64,000 nucleotides of DNA from Phoronis australis. Lineage: Eukaryota > Animalia > Phoronida. Below the pieces are notes generated by a model that saw only the letters and a list, made by a program, of their open reading frames with translations, had not been told where the DNA came from and made no database searches. The stretch spans positions 147,394-211,393 of the forward strand of contig NMRA01000404.1 in assembly GCA_002633005.1 (NCBI GenBank), in the 5' to 3' direction. A program made the position numbers and the translations under genes. Position 1 is the stretch's first letter. Every line of letters begins with the position of its first letter. Below are positions 1-12,359 of the stretch, piece by piece.

Positions 1-380
1 CAACGGTTTTAATAGTGTCCGTGAATGCTGCTTTAAAAAACAGGAGGAATAGCCATGTGTGCACATCAGTGAAGCTTAGGCGCATGCGCCTTAATGCCAA
101 ACACTTGGGTAAGTGTTATTTGGGATCAAGGCTTGTGGGTACATAAACGCACATAAAATGTAACAAATCACATTTGACCGTTATCACGAGAAAATAAAGT
201 CACTGCAGCTAGCTATGAATGTCATTTTTACATATGTACTTCGCACGGAGTGCAACCAAGAAAAGTGAAATGTGCAGCTGAAAATGCCCTTAATATTAAT
301 CTATATCCTGTGTTACGAAGGGGAGTTCGTGGCTTCACGCGTACTTGAGTAATTTATAGCCACCAGGTGTCCTCACGTAC

Positions 381-3300
381 CTTGATTTATGTCCACCCTC
401 TCAAAGTCCTCCAATATTTCTTTCATCTCTGCGTCAGTTAACAATTTACTTACATTATCCTGCAATGTCAAAATACATCGATTTCCACCTTCCTAAATAT
501 TTTCTTCATGTCTTTCTTTTTCGTCTCTTTAAATATAAATCATCTCCAAACACCACACAATCTTTTGTAGTTTCGTAAGCTATCGCGCTAAGAGATTTTT
601 AGACTAAACATGGTCTTCATAAAAATCACTGCATAGCTTTCAACTCACCAAATCTACGTGTAGCGGTCATTTTGTGTATTTCCGTACGTCACAGCCGCCG
701 ACTAATATTTACTTATTTGTTTGTTTTTATTTTTATAAAACATTACCAATATGAGAACTGTCGTAACAATAAGAACTAAAATTGATTACAATTTAGAGAC
801 GTTAAAGATGTGCCTTATGAAAATAAATATGGAACATCATACATCCACAAAAGATACGAAACTTTTTTCATTCTGCCGATTTCCGTCCGGATTTATCCGG
901 CGTGCATTGAGGCCTATACTCACGCAGATGTGACAGCTCCATCCCACAGACGCCTTTGACCGCTCCACGAGGTCCAGGACTGACTCTCGCACTTCTCCAC
1001 ACTTTTTTAAACATTCATAGTGGTACGTCCGAGGACACACGCGGCAAGAGTACCCACCAAAGCCTGCATATCTGTCGCAGAGGAAACAGTATGGACTTGT
1101 CTCATTCTGCAACAATACATCCAAGTGTTTGTCTCGGGATTGGATCAGGCTAGAGTGGGGTGCTGAAGTCACTGCGGCCACGCACAAGCGTCTACAGTCA
1201 ACAACATCACAGCTACACACCTGTGTAACTAGTATTGTTGTCAACAGTTACGAAACAGTGGGAGATTGATCGCGTGGAACCGGATACCAGTGGCTTCTAG
1301 AGGACGAGGAGGCAGTGTTTCATATCACGCCTAATCAGATACACCGCAGGGGTCATTTCACGAAGTCTAGCTGTTCCCCTATGCCACCCGCGGTGAAGAC
1401 AAAGTAACCCCAGGGTAGAATTCAGTAACACTAGGAGCTACGCCAGGACATCATGTTCTCGTTTAAACTAAACTGCAATATCTCACGTAATCTCGTGAAG
1501 TCTTGCTTTTTACCGAGGTCCCAGCGTTACTGAACTCAACCCATGCAGCCTCCCGTTCAGTAACGCTATAGGACCTCGCTAAAAAGCAAGACTTCGTGAG
1601 ATTACGTGAGATATTGCCCTGTATTTCAAATAAGAACACGTGACTTTGAATAGGTTTTAGCTAGGTCCTAGCGTAGGTTCTAGCGTCTACTGAACGCATG
1701 CCTGGTATAGCAAGGTGGCGATATGAGTCACCTAGCTGTCTCACGTGATCAGCCCTCATTGCTTCCTCCCAGGTGTTTACGTTAGGCTACTTCACAGACA
1801 AAACGTCCTTAGATTATTTTACTTTCATGTAACTTACTTTCGGCGAGACCAGGAAATTTTATTCAGAAGTCTTTTCTTAATCAATTTGATGAGACACTAA
1901 AATAACCTTTTCGCTAATGTGTATCTGTTTGGGAAGCCGAACCAAAGAAAAGTTTCTGATTGATGTGTGCAGTCTAGTTGGTCCTCCTTATTCCATTGAA
2001 CAAATCAAAGTTCATTTGATAATAAATTATGGACTAGAGGGGATAATCTTCGGTCACCGGACCAAAATACTGTCATTGACGTCATTACTATACTGCTATG
2101 CATCTAGCTCAATCCTCTACAGTGCTGTTTGGGCCTTGTTCACGATGTTTTCCTGATGATGTGTGTGAGAAAATCGAAACATGTCGAAACTTAAAAATCT
2201 TCAACTATGTCTTCATTGAGACCATTTGCACCCCGGCCAATCCGCGATCGAGAACGAGACCTTACACCAAAAATGGCGGACGACAGTTAAGTACCCGGTG
2301 AGTTTAAGTGTCATTTTCTTCTTAAATAGAGGCCACTTTGGTACTAATGCGACACACCGAAAAGCGTCAGAACTAAGCCTTTATTGTGGATCTGAAATAA
2401 TACTTGGCTTTTGCTATTTTTTGAAAGAGACCGCAGAATACAATGGCTTTCGGTAAAATGACTTGCGTCTCGTAAATTCGTCAATTTCTACTTGTTATTA
2501 GCAATTCCTTGGTTCTTCAGTGGACACGTGTGACGTTTGTAATTAAATCGTCCCTGGTGACACCTTTGTTAGTTATAATTTTTTAAACAATTCGAGCTAT
2601 CTACCGATACAAGCAGGTCCTTGTGTGAGACGGCGATCGGGAACGAAGCTGTTAATTCTCCATGGCGATCGTGAACGCAAAAAATGCGATCGTGACGCAC
2701 ATTTTTTCCAGAGGCGGATCTAGGATATCACAAGGGGGCCCAACATTTTGTCTCTAAGCATTTGCGCAGACCACGATTGTAGATGCACATAGCACCGAAT
2801 GGGGGGGAGGTCGGGAGGGGGCAAACCCCCTTCCCGCCCAGGAAATTTTTCTGTTTTTTCACTGGCGTATTTGTTTTTTTCCTTTTGCTGTTACAATCTT
2901 GCAAGAAAATTCGACACTCGCTTTCCAGGGGCGGATCCAGGATTCGGAATTAGGGGGGGAAGGGCACAGGAATAGTCAGAATTTTGCCACATGGGCTCAC
3001 CCAGCCTAAAAGGTAGGGATGCAGGGGCCTCGAATTTTTGGGTTTGTGGACCTTATTACTGAAAAAGGGTACACGGGGTTTTTTCAAGGCCTATGAATTG
3101 CGCATTAACCCCTCGATCCCCCATGGGTGCGCGCATGGCAATTCGTACCCCGGACTGCCAAATGGTATCTAGGATAATTTTAGGGGGAATGGTCCCCTTG
3201 ACACCCCCCTTCCTAAATCCGCCACTGCTTTCATTTGCATCAACAATTTGTTTACTCAAATGGCTTACACGCCACATGGAACAATTGCTGGGTAAGTCTT

Positions 3301-6300
3301 AGTTTAGAACCACTTGTTCCACTTGGTTTCGTCTAAAAGTATGTCTGTATTTCAAAACCCTGGTAGGGTGTACTTTCACGCCCTGATTAATCTGTTCGTT
3401 GAAGCTCGCCTCACAATAATAACAGTGAACGTGTTTCCTGAAATGAAAATAAATTCATTTGTGAAATTATCTTTATTAAAATCGGGCTTGATGTACATGT
3501 TTTCGCTCATTTTAATTTAATGGTAATGCTATGATATTGTTTAGTTTGGAAACGAAAGTAACAGTAATCACTCACCACACTTATTTTGTAACCCTTTTCA
3601 CGTTTTATAAGTAAAAAGTTCATAACTGTTCGGCACACCACGATGCGTTCTCGATTGCATAAACAAACAAACAAAAATTTGCGTTTCCGATCGCTTATCT
3701 TTGCGTTCTCTATCGCATCTTTCAACAGAAAAGTGTCGAAAAATCAGAGATTTTGACAAAACTACGAAAAACAATCGTTGTGTTATATTTTCACAAGTCA
3801 CTTCTTCATAACTTCATGGTCAGTTTTATGATTTAGTGCCAAAAATAACCGCAATTTGCCAAAATGACATACGGGCAAATCACTATCAAGGTCCATATTC
3901 GGTGGCCACTTTTGATGCAAAATGAACGTTGTCATATAACTGCAAAAGCTGGATTATTATAAAATACCATCATTCCAGGTTTGTAATTCAAAATGCTTTT
4001 GCACAAGAACCACCAAATAAAATTTTATGGCCTAATGCATCGCAGTTGTATAAAAGGGTACGTACACTACAACTTGTGGTCACAGTTCACTTCTATCATG
4101 CAAAAATACATAAGGTAGCTGTTAATTTAATAAGTTCTTGATCAAATTGAAGAAGTATCACTTACTAAAGTAAGAAAAGTTATAACCGTGCTGACCAGAT
4201 TGTTCTAGATAATGATACATTGCATATCTTAACACAGTATAATGAGAACTTCTCTTGCAATATGATTCTTACAAAAATAAAATGACAAGTAACTACTTTT
4301 TTCAAAACTTTATTGGTGCTATTAGTTTTCAACACATTCACCAGTTGGTCAAAATAGTTTAAGCAATGCTAGGCCCAGCGTTCAACTTGTAAACAGTAAA
4401 AAGTGGTACTGGTTGGGGGGTACGTACACTACGCACAGTCAATCAACGTCAGATTTTAACTAATTTACAAATGTATAGGATGGTCTCGAGTTTTGTGCTG
4501 CCTCTACTTGTTGGTTTGTTTCAAGTTGTCTTGAGAGATAGAGAACCTGCCTCTGCTACATCAGTTGTCACATGACGTGTCTTCTAGGATGTTACTAACC
4601 AAAACCTATGTGGCATTTTATTTCCCACAAATTTAATAACGTCCATTGTTTATTTTTGTCAGACTGGATGCATTCTGGAAATGTCAGTATCGTTCATGAA
4701 AACAGCAGTATGTAAAAATACTCGTGGGCAATACTTTATAGCACAGAGGTTGAAAGTACGTACACTACACAGGGGTAAGTACACTACACTTCAATGACTT
4801 GTCAGGTTTATAAAAAAATACTTAGAATCTACCGAGAGTTAGACGATTTACTAAATCAATTCAAAGAGAACAAATAAAAAGTACAGCATAAATGTGTATA
4901 TCTGTCTGTCATTCTTTGAAAACAGGCTCATGTTCAAAAATATAGGGGTACGTACACTACACAAATGCTAATATTTCACTCAAAACAAATGCATTTGTAA
5001 TTTTATATACCCTTCTAACCTAGCATTTTAATGGAGGATTGCATACTTACCGTGTAATATTTTTATTTCATGGTATTTGTTCACATCGGGGTACGTACAC
5101 TACACAGGGGTACATACACTACACAGGGGCACGTACACTACACAGGGGTACATACACTACACAGGGGCACGTACACTACATTTCAATGACATGTCAGATT
5201 TGTAACTAAAAACTAAGAATCTACTGAAAGTTAGTTGATTTACTAAATCAATTCAAAGAGAAAAATAAAAAAACAGCATTCATGTGCATATCTGCCATAC
5301 TTTGAAAATAGGCACAAATTAAAATATGGGGGTACGTACACTACAAAAGGGGGTACGTACACTACATCACTGTTTCTGCATCACATGGTAACATAATGTT
5401 GTATGGCCATTTATTTTTCTTTGGTGATAATAAGCACAATGTTCTTATTTAAAAGGCAATAATTTCATTTGCAATGACCATTTGTGTCACTGAATTCCAC
5501 ATGGGGGTACGTACACTACATTTTGTTAGCCTTTTTGGCCCATTTTCAACATAGTAGAACCCAGTCAATATCCAAACTTTTGGTTTGTTTAGATATTGAA
5601 TAATTTGCTGTGTTGCCTAGGCTAACATAATCTGCTGTTCTTTTTAATACTGAGTGTGAACTTTAGTTTTTAACCTTCTTTACAGTAGGTGAGGGTTAGA
5701 AACTCAGAAGTTACAAATTTCGTAACGAGTGCCTGTTTTATGATGAACCCTAGCATTTCTCAATGATTAAGCACAACTTCATCTAAGTGATTCTGAAAGT
5801 GACTCAACTTATTCCAAATCATATCAAAGCAATTGCTTACTTAATAAAATAAATTTCTTTACTACAGCTGACAGTTGAAAAATATTATTTTTAAAATGTC
5901 CACTCGTAACGCTAAAATGCATGAAATTCATAGACAAAAACATGATTATAAATTTCTCAAAAATTGTCCGATTGTGGTGATTCTTGTTTTAATTTGCACA
6001 ACTAAACAACTTTTTGCCTATGAGATTCAGTTGGCATTTGGTAAGTGACCAAAAAAAATTTATTTTAGTCCGTAACACTGTCAACTCTCGAATATGGACC
6101 TTGATTGTGATTTAGCCGATACGTATCACTTTTGACTCAAGCGATGCCTCGTTCAACGTAACTTATCTACAATAATTGGAACAGACACCAGCCCAAACCT
6201 CTACCTGCCCTTCCTCAATGTGTTACGCCTTGAACATGTGTCTCTGTTTTCACATTGGAAGTAAAAACAACGTAAATTCATCATCAAATTTATCCACCTT

Positions 6301-7043
6301 GTCTGGCTTCGCTTCTCGCAACAGGTTTCGTTCTCGATCGCTTTCCGGTCGCTCTCGATCGCGGGTTGGCCGGGGTGATTTGGCAGTACACAGTCATACG
6401 ATGCTATTTAATATCTATTTGTACACAGTTACACGATACTTAATATCTATTCCTACACAGTACACAGTCACACAATACTATTTTGAATAGTATCGTGTGA
6501 TTAAAATCTATTTTATGCAGTACTACAGTCACACGACGTCTATTCTTACACAGTACACAGTACACAGTCATAGGATACTTTTTAATATTTATTCTTACAC
6601 AGTACACTGCCACACGATACTTATTAACATCTTTCTTACACAGTAATTAGATACACGATGTTGTTTAATACTTATTCTTACGTACTGCAGTCACACTACG
6701 ACATTTAACATCTATTCTCACACAGTACACAGTCAAACGATGGAAGCATATCCCTTCAACTACTTACAAGCTCCTCGCTGGACATCGCCAACTTCTCCTT
6801 CAGTCGCATTATGCTAGGTTCTACGGGAACTGACGTTTCCGAGATGAGTGAAGGCCTTCGAAATCCCTTAGATTCTAAATGTTCTGGGGCCACATCGCTG
6901 TTGGCCTCTTTTTGCCGCCGTATAAACTCCAATAGTCCTGACCGGCGCCTCTGCGGTTCTTCAGTGTGTTTCCCCAGATTGCCCATAATCCTGACCTTGG
7001 TGCGCACTACCTCCTCTTTATTTTTTGTTGCCCCGGAACCCAT
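381..7043 (-). CDS. PHF24: PHF24/GINIP-like PHD-finger protein, 5' part; gene continues beyond the left edge. Coding exons seen: 7043-6768, 1106-924, 459-381
   Basis: GT-AG bounded, phase-0-compatible exons translate to MGSGATK... (candidate N-myristoylation motif), NETSPYCFLCDRYAGFGGYSCRVCPRTYHYECLKK...GWSCHIC (C4HC3 PHD finger) and DNVSKLLTDAEMKEILEDFERVDINQ. The PHD followed by 'DNxxxLLT..EM..' matches my recollection of vertebrate PHF24 (CRVCTRVFHDGC...GWSCHYCDNINLLLTEEEM). Extra small exons between 6768 and 1106 cannot be excluded. Confidence 0.8.
1411..1704. mobile_element. Palindromic MITE with a long internal hairpin
   Basis: Arms 1475-1535 and 1555-1617 are near-perfect inverted repeats (gcaatatctcacgtaatctc..gaagtcttgctttt / aaaagcaagacttc..gagattacgtgagatattgc). 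The outer ends CAGG..TTCAGTA / TACTGAA..CCTG are also inverted. Confidence 0.7.
2926..3227. mobile_element. GC-rich MITE with CAG(G/T)GGCGGAT termini (hAT-like family); a further truncated copy starts at 2709
   Basis: CAGGGGCGGATCCAGGA ... TCCTAAATCCGCCACTG, flanked by CTTTC on both sides. CAGAGGCGGATCTAGGA at 2709 is a second left end. Confidence 0.65.
3887..6103. mobile_element. Nested non-autonomous TIR element with internal GGGTACGTACACTAC repeats
   Basis: Perfect 15-bp TIR CAAGGTCCATATTCG / CGAATATGGACCTTG flanked by AT. About 12 same-orientation copies of (GGG)TACGTACACTAC at ~4057, 4419, 4757, 4777, 4947, 5089-5180 (x4), 5330, 5351 and 5504. A ~200-bp internal direct duplication covers 4770-4970 / 5165-5345. 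Confidence 0.7.
6385..6742. repeat. Degenerate ~40-bp tandem repeat next to the PHF24 exon donor
   Basis: tacacagtacacagtcacacgatact..aatatctattc repeated ~9 times. Confidence 0.8.
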
Positions 7044-9699
7044 TTCGAGAATTGTATTTACGTAGACTCTACAATAGAAAAATAATGTTCTACTCTCACA
7101 GAAAATTAATGCTCAACTCTCAGCGTATGACGTAACACTAAAAAGTAACTTTGTAGATCATGAGCTAACTCTTCCATAATTTTGAAAAGATTCGCGGGGG
7201 GTAGCACGTGACCATTGGCACACAGAACCGCGTTGTGTTAAGTGACAGGGTATAAAATGACAAAACGTTGATCGACCATCTAATAACTTCAAAAAGGGGC
7301 TTGATTTATTCGCTCTTTCGTGCACTCGATGAAATCTAATTAATTGTAAAAGCTCTTAATTCCTGCAATAAGTTCTCTACTAAATTTACATTATTATTAA
7401 ATGATAGTCTAAACTCGACCTTTTTGTCAATGAATTCCTCTTAGGTATTGTCGGTAAATTTTTATGCATCGCTTATCAATCTTGTTGTTTCTGATTTCCA
7501 TATCTGTGCATCATGTTTTTGTTTTTAATATATTTCTAATAGCATATCTAAATAGTTGAATACTTTTATTAGATACAACTTACACGTATAAAGTTCTATG
7601 TATACTACTTTCATCTTTGTACTGGTTACAACCCAGATAAATTGCCTCGCGATTTCTGAGTTTGTCACTATTTTCCTTGTATGTTCTGTGTATTCTTCAG
7701 TAACTATATATCACATTAGAAATTATTTACGTCTACATCCTTACGACGAAACATTTTTGCACTGGCGAGACGTGCCTAATCCCGATATGACTTGACTCTT
7801 GATTTTTGAGGCAGCAGAATTCTTTTGTCGTATCTATAAGGTGGAAAAAAGCTTAATGGGTCTTGCAGGTTTTGAGGTTTTCACTTATTTGCACGTTTTA
7901 AATTACCCATTAGGTTCTTTTAATGTTTCCTTGAAGCATGGCACAAGTACACCAAAAGGAATTTCGAGGAGCGTGGTTTACGTTTTTGGGCCAAATGACA
8001 CTTTATGTTATTCTCTTGACCGATCTCCAGTAACACCGTGCTCTACTGCACGTTTGACGTCGTCTGTCCCGGATGTAACAGTTGTTTCCACTCCGCTGGT
8101 ACCATATAGTCTTGTGTTATTTGAAAATATCAACTTCGCCTGATATGATCAGTGTGAATTTGTCGTTTTTTGCTCATACCTACTTATATTGTCAGGATGC
8201 CCATTTGGGCGCACGGTATTCAACTACAGGTTTACTTTTCCCGAGTCGAGAATTGGTGTTCGACAGGAAATTTATTGGCTAGTATGAAAACTATGCGCCG
8301 CCGCAGTCAAGTCTTAGAAAATCGTGTCTTTACCTTCATTATGGACACCAATTGGCAGAATAACAACATGTTAGTAAAACCGGATTAAAAACGATTAATC
8401 CATGTCGTGTTATTTTTATATATAGTTTCCCATTTACCGTCACGTAGTTTGCAGTCAGACTTGCAAACGGCGATTAAATTGCAAAATACTGTATCTGCTA
8501 CGCCGTTATAAGCACGCTATAGAATTCGAAATTCACTAGATGTCAAAAGTGAAACATGAGACCTTCCCATCGAAATAACTGCATTCAAACTATGCAGACG
8601 TTAGAAATAGGGATCTTTATTTGTTAGCCGCTCGTTAACCATGAAACCGATGACAAGCATTTCACCATATTTAACTGGATAGAAACAAAAATCAAATTTT
8701 ACTTTCATACAACTAGTCTTGTTATATTTCTACTTTGGATTCTGTTTCCAGGAAGAACTTCGAAGCCATCAGCGTCTTAAGAAAACACTTCAGTGTTTAT
8801 GCTCCGAATTCCCAATTTTATTGTTAGCCAACCCCCAACAAACATTCCTCGTTTTCTCGAGTCGCTGATGGTTTCGTACTCTGCACACTCTTTGGCAGTG
8901 CTACGAAAGGTAGCACTGTGGTTGTTGTTTATCATGGCTTCTCATTTGTTAAAGTAATAAAACCGACGTCATATCATTCAGTCATTCCCACTGGTTGAAA
9001 TCTGGGAAACTCCTTTCAGTTTACTGTTACGTAAGTATGGGGACCACATTTGACTTGAATAGTTGCAATTTATTAAAAACGGACGATGATCGTAGTAAAC
9101 AAAACCAAGAGAACCTTGATCTCGTTGCTAAGTCCAAACAAGTACAGTGCTTAGAAAGCGTGTGCAAGTGGTGGCGATGAGATCGATAAATTTCCGACCA
9201 AGCATGCGCGTTGATGCCCACCCACGTCCGGGTCTCGTTTATCCACAGGGCCACTTTTCAGTATGTAGGTAGCGCTGTGTCCGGGGGTAATGGTTTCGAT
9301 GTTCTTGCATGTTGGAAACAGAAATATGGAATTCAGTCGCGATTGGAATTGAGACCTACTTAATTCGATTTCTGTAGTTTTGTTTGCCCAAGCAGGGCGA
9401 AATACTTCTGAACGCTGAACATAAACGGCCCGTGCAAAAGAGCTAGCTGAAAGTTTGTGGTCAACCCTACGTGCATGTACTGAAGACCGCAGTGGACCGT
9501 GCTTAAACCTTTGAAATATTACTCAATTGGCGCGTTTTGCTCCAGCCGAAAGTTCTAACGCAACTGTCTGCTATAATGTGTGTGAATAGTTTCGGGGATA
9601 ATTTCACCACTCGTTTCAGAGGATATGATGTGTCAGTGTCCGTGTAATTGTGAGTTTGGGATCTAGAAAACGTGTTATCAATATTATTCTCAGCCTCGA

Positions 9700-10530
9700 C
9701 TAGTTCGCGCTTCTTTTGACGAGCACAGAAATAAAGTGACCATTGTCAGAGGCGGGTCCATGCGGGGGTCCAGGGGGGATAAACCCCCCGGGACGACAGG
9801 ATAAAAAATAAAAATAAAATAAAAAACGTCGCCAGGAAAATGAAATCATGAAGAAACGCCCCTTCGGCGACCTCGGATTCGCGCGAATCCTAACCCTCCT
9901 CCCAACTGAAAACGCTCTGCCACTGAAATTGTCTAAATCCAATTGCAGTTGCATAGAATCTTTTTCGTTATCGAAATTTACATAAAATATGGCTATATCT
10001 GCTTGAAGGTTTTGGAGCTGACGGTTTGAATGCAAGTCATTGATGTAGAGTGGAAACAGCGCAAGTTCCAAGACGCTATTGAATTGCAGTACTACGTTGG
10101 CAAAGCCGGCGAGTGAGTGTTGAAAACACGTATGCCGTCTGCTCTTGCATGATTTTCCCGAGTGGATAGATATGATGAGAAAAATGTGATGAGAGTCAAA
10201 GATACTATAAAATCTTTGTGAGAGTCGCCTATATTTCACATGAGACGCGTTTGTCCAAGAGGCCGGCACTCATGTGGAACCGTGTCCGGATTCTATATCT
10301 AAAGTTGTTGTATTTCGTGAATAATTTCGACTAACTGAGACATGGTATACTGGCTTTCCAGCCATAAAACTGAACTCTAGTAGGGGTATTAGGTTCTTGG
10401 GCGCAAGGTGGTATATCATATGTTGATTTTGTCAAACATTTAGGGGGTAAATTGAGAAGTGTTATAGATCTGTAGTTTGGAACAAATGATTTTGAATGTT
10501 TATAAAAATCCAACTGTTACACAGTATTTC
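9700..10530 (-). mobile_element. Decayed non-LTR retrotransposon (CR1/L2-like) reverse transcriptase remnant
   Basis: Degenerate RT motifs in order on the minus strand: NYRSITLL (NYRPISLL), FDSHHIFL (AFDxVxHxxLL), SVLELALFPLYINDL (SVLGPLLFLLYINDL), QADIAIF (FADD), LQLDLDNF (LQxDLD). It contains frameshifts; true ends are not resolved. Confidence 0.7.
9747..9925. mobile_element. Short CAG-GGCGG MITE inserted in the LINE remnant
   Basis: CAGAGGCGG... / ...CTGCCACTG termini as in the 2709 and 2926 copies. The flanks share ATTGT (imperfect TSD), and it interrupts the RT frame right after LDLDNF. Confidence 0.55.
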
Positions 10531-11365
10531 GTCCGTTTTTCGACGTTTTAACGAGAATTGTAAATTTTTCGTTTGAAATAGTGATAAAGTAATTGTTTTT
10601 TAATGTTATCTTTGGGCCACCGTACACGTCAGCCGTCATTTCATGTCGGTGGTGCGTTGTAAATGTTTGATGGTAACACGTGTATGACAACTGTGGAGTG
10701 TGCTGCAATCAGGAACGTGTTTTTGGTGCCTTCGCTTGGGCCCTGAAATAAGTGGGGGCGATGGCCCTCCCAGCCCCATAATCAAAATTCAGGCGGCACT
10801 TACAAGACCTCGAGCGAGTGCTAAATGCAGGACCAGCCATTACTGAGAGTGTTAGTAACACTTTCAATGTATATGCAACACTTGCAGACTTGACTGACCG
10901 TTTAAAAGCAGTCAACGAGTTCCCTGTCTTACAATGAATATTTTCTGCAACACTTGCTTATTTCGCCCCATTTCTTTTCAAAACCACTAATACGTCACCA
11001 GTTTAAGAATTATAGACAAGCTTGTCTTGAGGTTCACCGTTCAGATGACATAGTCCCGTTCTACTAGAATACAATTTCGAATTTGATTTCGAGTACAAAG
11101 ATCAGACAGACGGCGGGTCCAAGTATCGCCACTGAACGGCGTGCAAATTAGATATTTTCCCTCGGTTAGGTTGAGGCACCGATCTTCCAGCATGATTGCT
11201 ATTTCAGCTACTCGCTACAGTCGGAGCCCTAATCTACACTTCAAATCACAGTAATCTGAAGACCGCTTAACATAATATAATAATAAACCAATGCTTGCTA
11301 GCGGAAAATATCGACTCGGTTTTAATAAACTGGAGATAGATAAGGCGATAGTGTTTAGTTCGGTA

Positions 11366-12359
11366 TTTAGCCCATTAACAGCTCTCACTCGGTCTCCAAA
11401 CTGATTGAGTACAGGAGACTACTGCTTGGAGAGACTGACGGTTACAGACCCCGGCAGCGGCTTTAGCTACTCGCAGATCAGGGATCGCTTATGCGCGTTA
11501 ATTGTTTGATGCATAGCATGGACCTCGCTGGATCCAAAGAGGCAGCCGGGAGCTCCGGCGTTCAGCCACGACCAAGAAGGAAAAAGAGGGCGATCACGTA
11601 ATGTTTTATAGTTATTGTCGACACCTCTCCGGAGGACATAAATTCTGCGATCGTCTAAATCTGCCGAAAGGAAATTATACGAACGTCCGTGTACCTCGAG
11701 CCATTCTCATAAATATGTGAAGTCGATCATGAATGGCTTGAACAGTGGGTTCAAAGTCAAAATTAAATAATTAAAATAAATTAAGGGCCAGGATCGCGGC
11801 TCTAAACTTTAGAAGCGCCAGCGGCTCGGGCGGTGACCACGTAAAATTTTTTCTCACGCNATTTAGCCCATTAACAGCTCTCACTCGGTCTCCAAACTGA
11901 TTGAGTACAGGAGACTACTGCTTGGAGAGACTGACGGTTACAGACCCCGGCAGCGGCTTTAGCTACTCGCAGATCAGGGATCGCTTATGCGCGTTAATTC
12001 TTTGATGCATAGCATGGACCTGGCTGGATCCAAAGAGGCAGCCGGGAGCTCCGGCGTTCAGCCACGACCAAGAAGGAAAAAGAGGGCGATCACGTAATGT
12101 TTTATAGTTATTGTCGACACCTCTCCGCCGAGGACATAAATTCTGCGATCGTCTAAATCTGCCGAAAGGAAATTATACGAACGTTCGTGTACCTCGAACC
12201 ATTCTCATAAATGTGTGAAGTCGATCATGAATGGCTTGAACAGTGGGTTCAAAGTCAAAATTAAATAATTAAAATAAATTAAGGGCCAGGATCGCGGCTC
12301 TAAACTTTAAAAGCGCCAGCGGCTCGGGCGGTGACCACGTAAAATTTTTTCTCACGCAC
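11366..12359. repeat. ~495-bp near-identical direct duplication separated by a single N (probable assembly overlap)
   Basis: 11366-11859 and 11861-12359 differ by only a handful of substitutions and meet exactly at the N at 11860. Confidence 0.85.

Larger units (their letters stand above)
2229..6377. mobile_element. Non-autonomous CAC...GTG TIR element with 5-bp TSD (Transib/Chapaev-like), in a PHF24 intron, carrying nested elements
   Basis: Left end CACCCCGGCCAATCCGCGATCGAGA; right end TCTCGATCGCGGGTTGGCCGGGGTG (25-bp TIR, 1 mismatch). Flanked by ATTTG on both sides (2224-2228, 6378-6382). A recurrent GCGATCG(A/T/G)GAACG motif is forward at 2245 and 2633-2700 and reversed at 3645-3717 and 6327-6361. 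No transposase ORF. Confidence 0.75.

Noticed and set aside
11366-12359. ~495-bp direct repeat as LTRs or the long terminal direct repeats of a composite element
   Set aside because: The copies abut exactly at a single N and differ at haplotype level. This is most simply an unmerged contig overlap.
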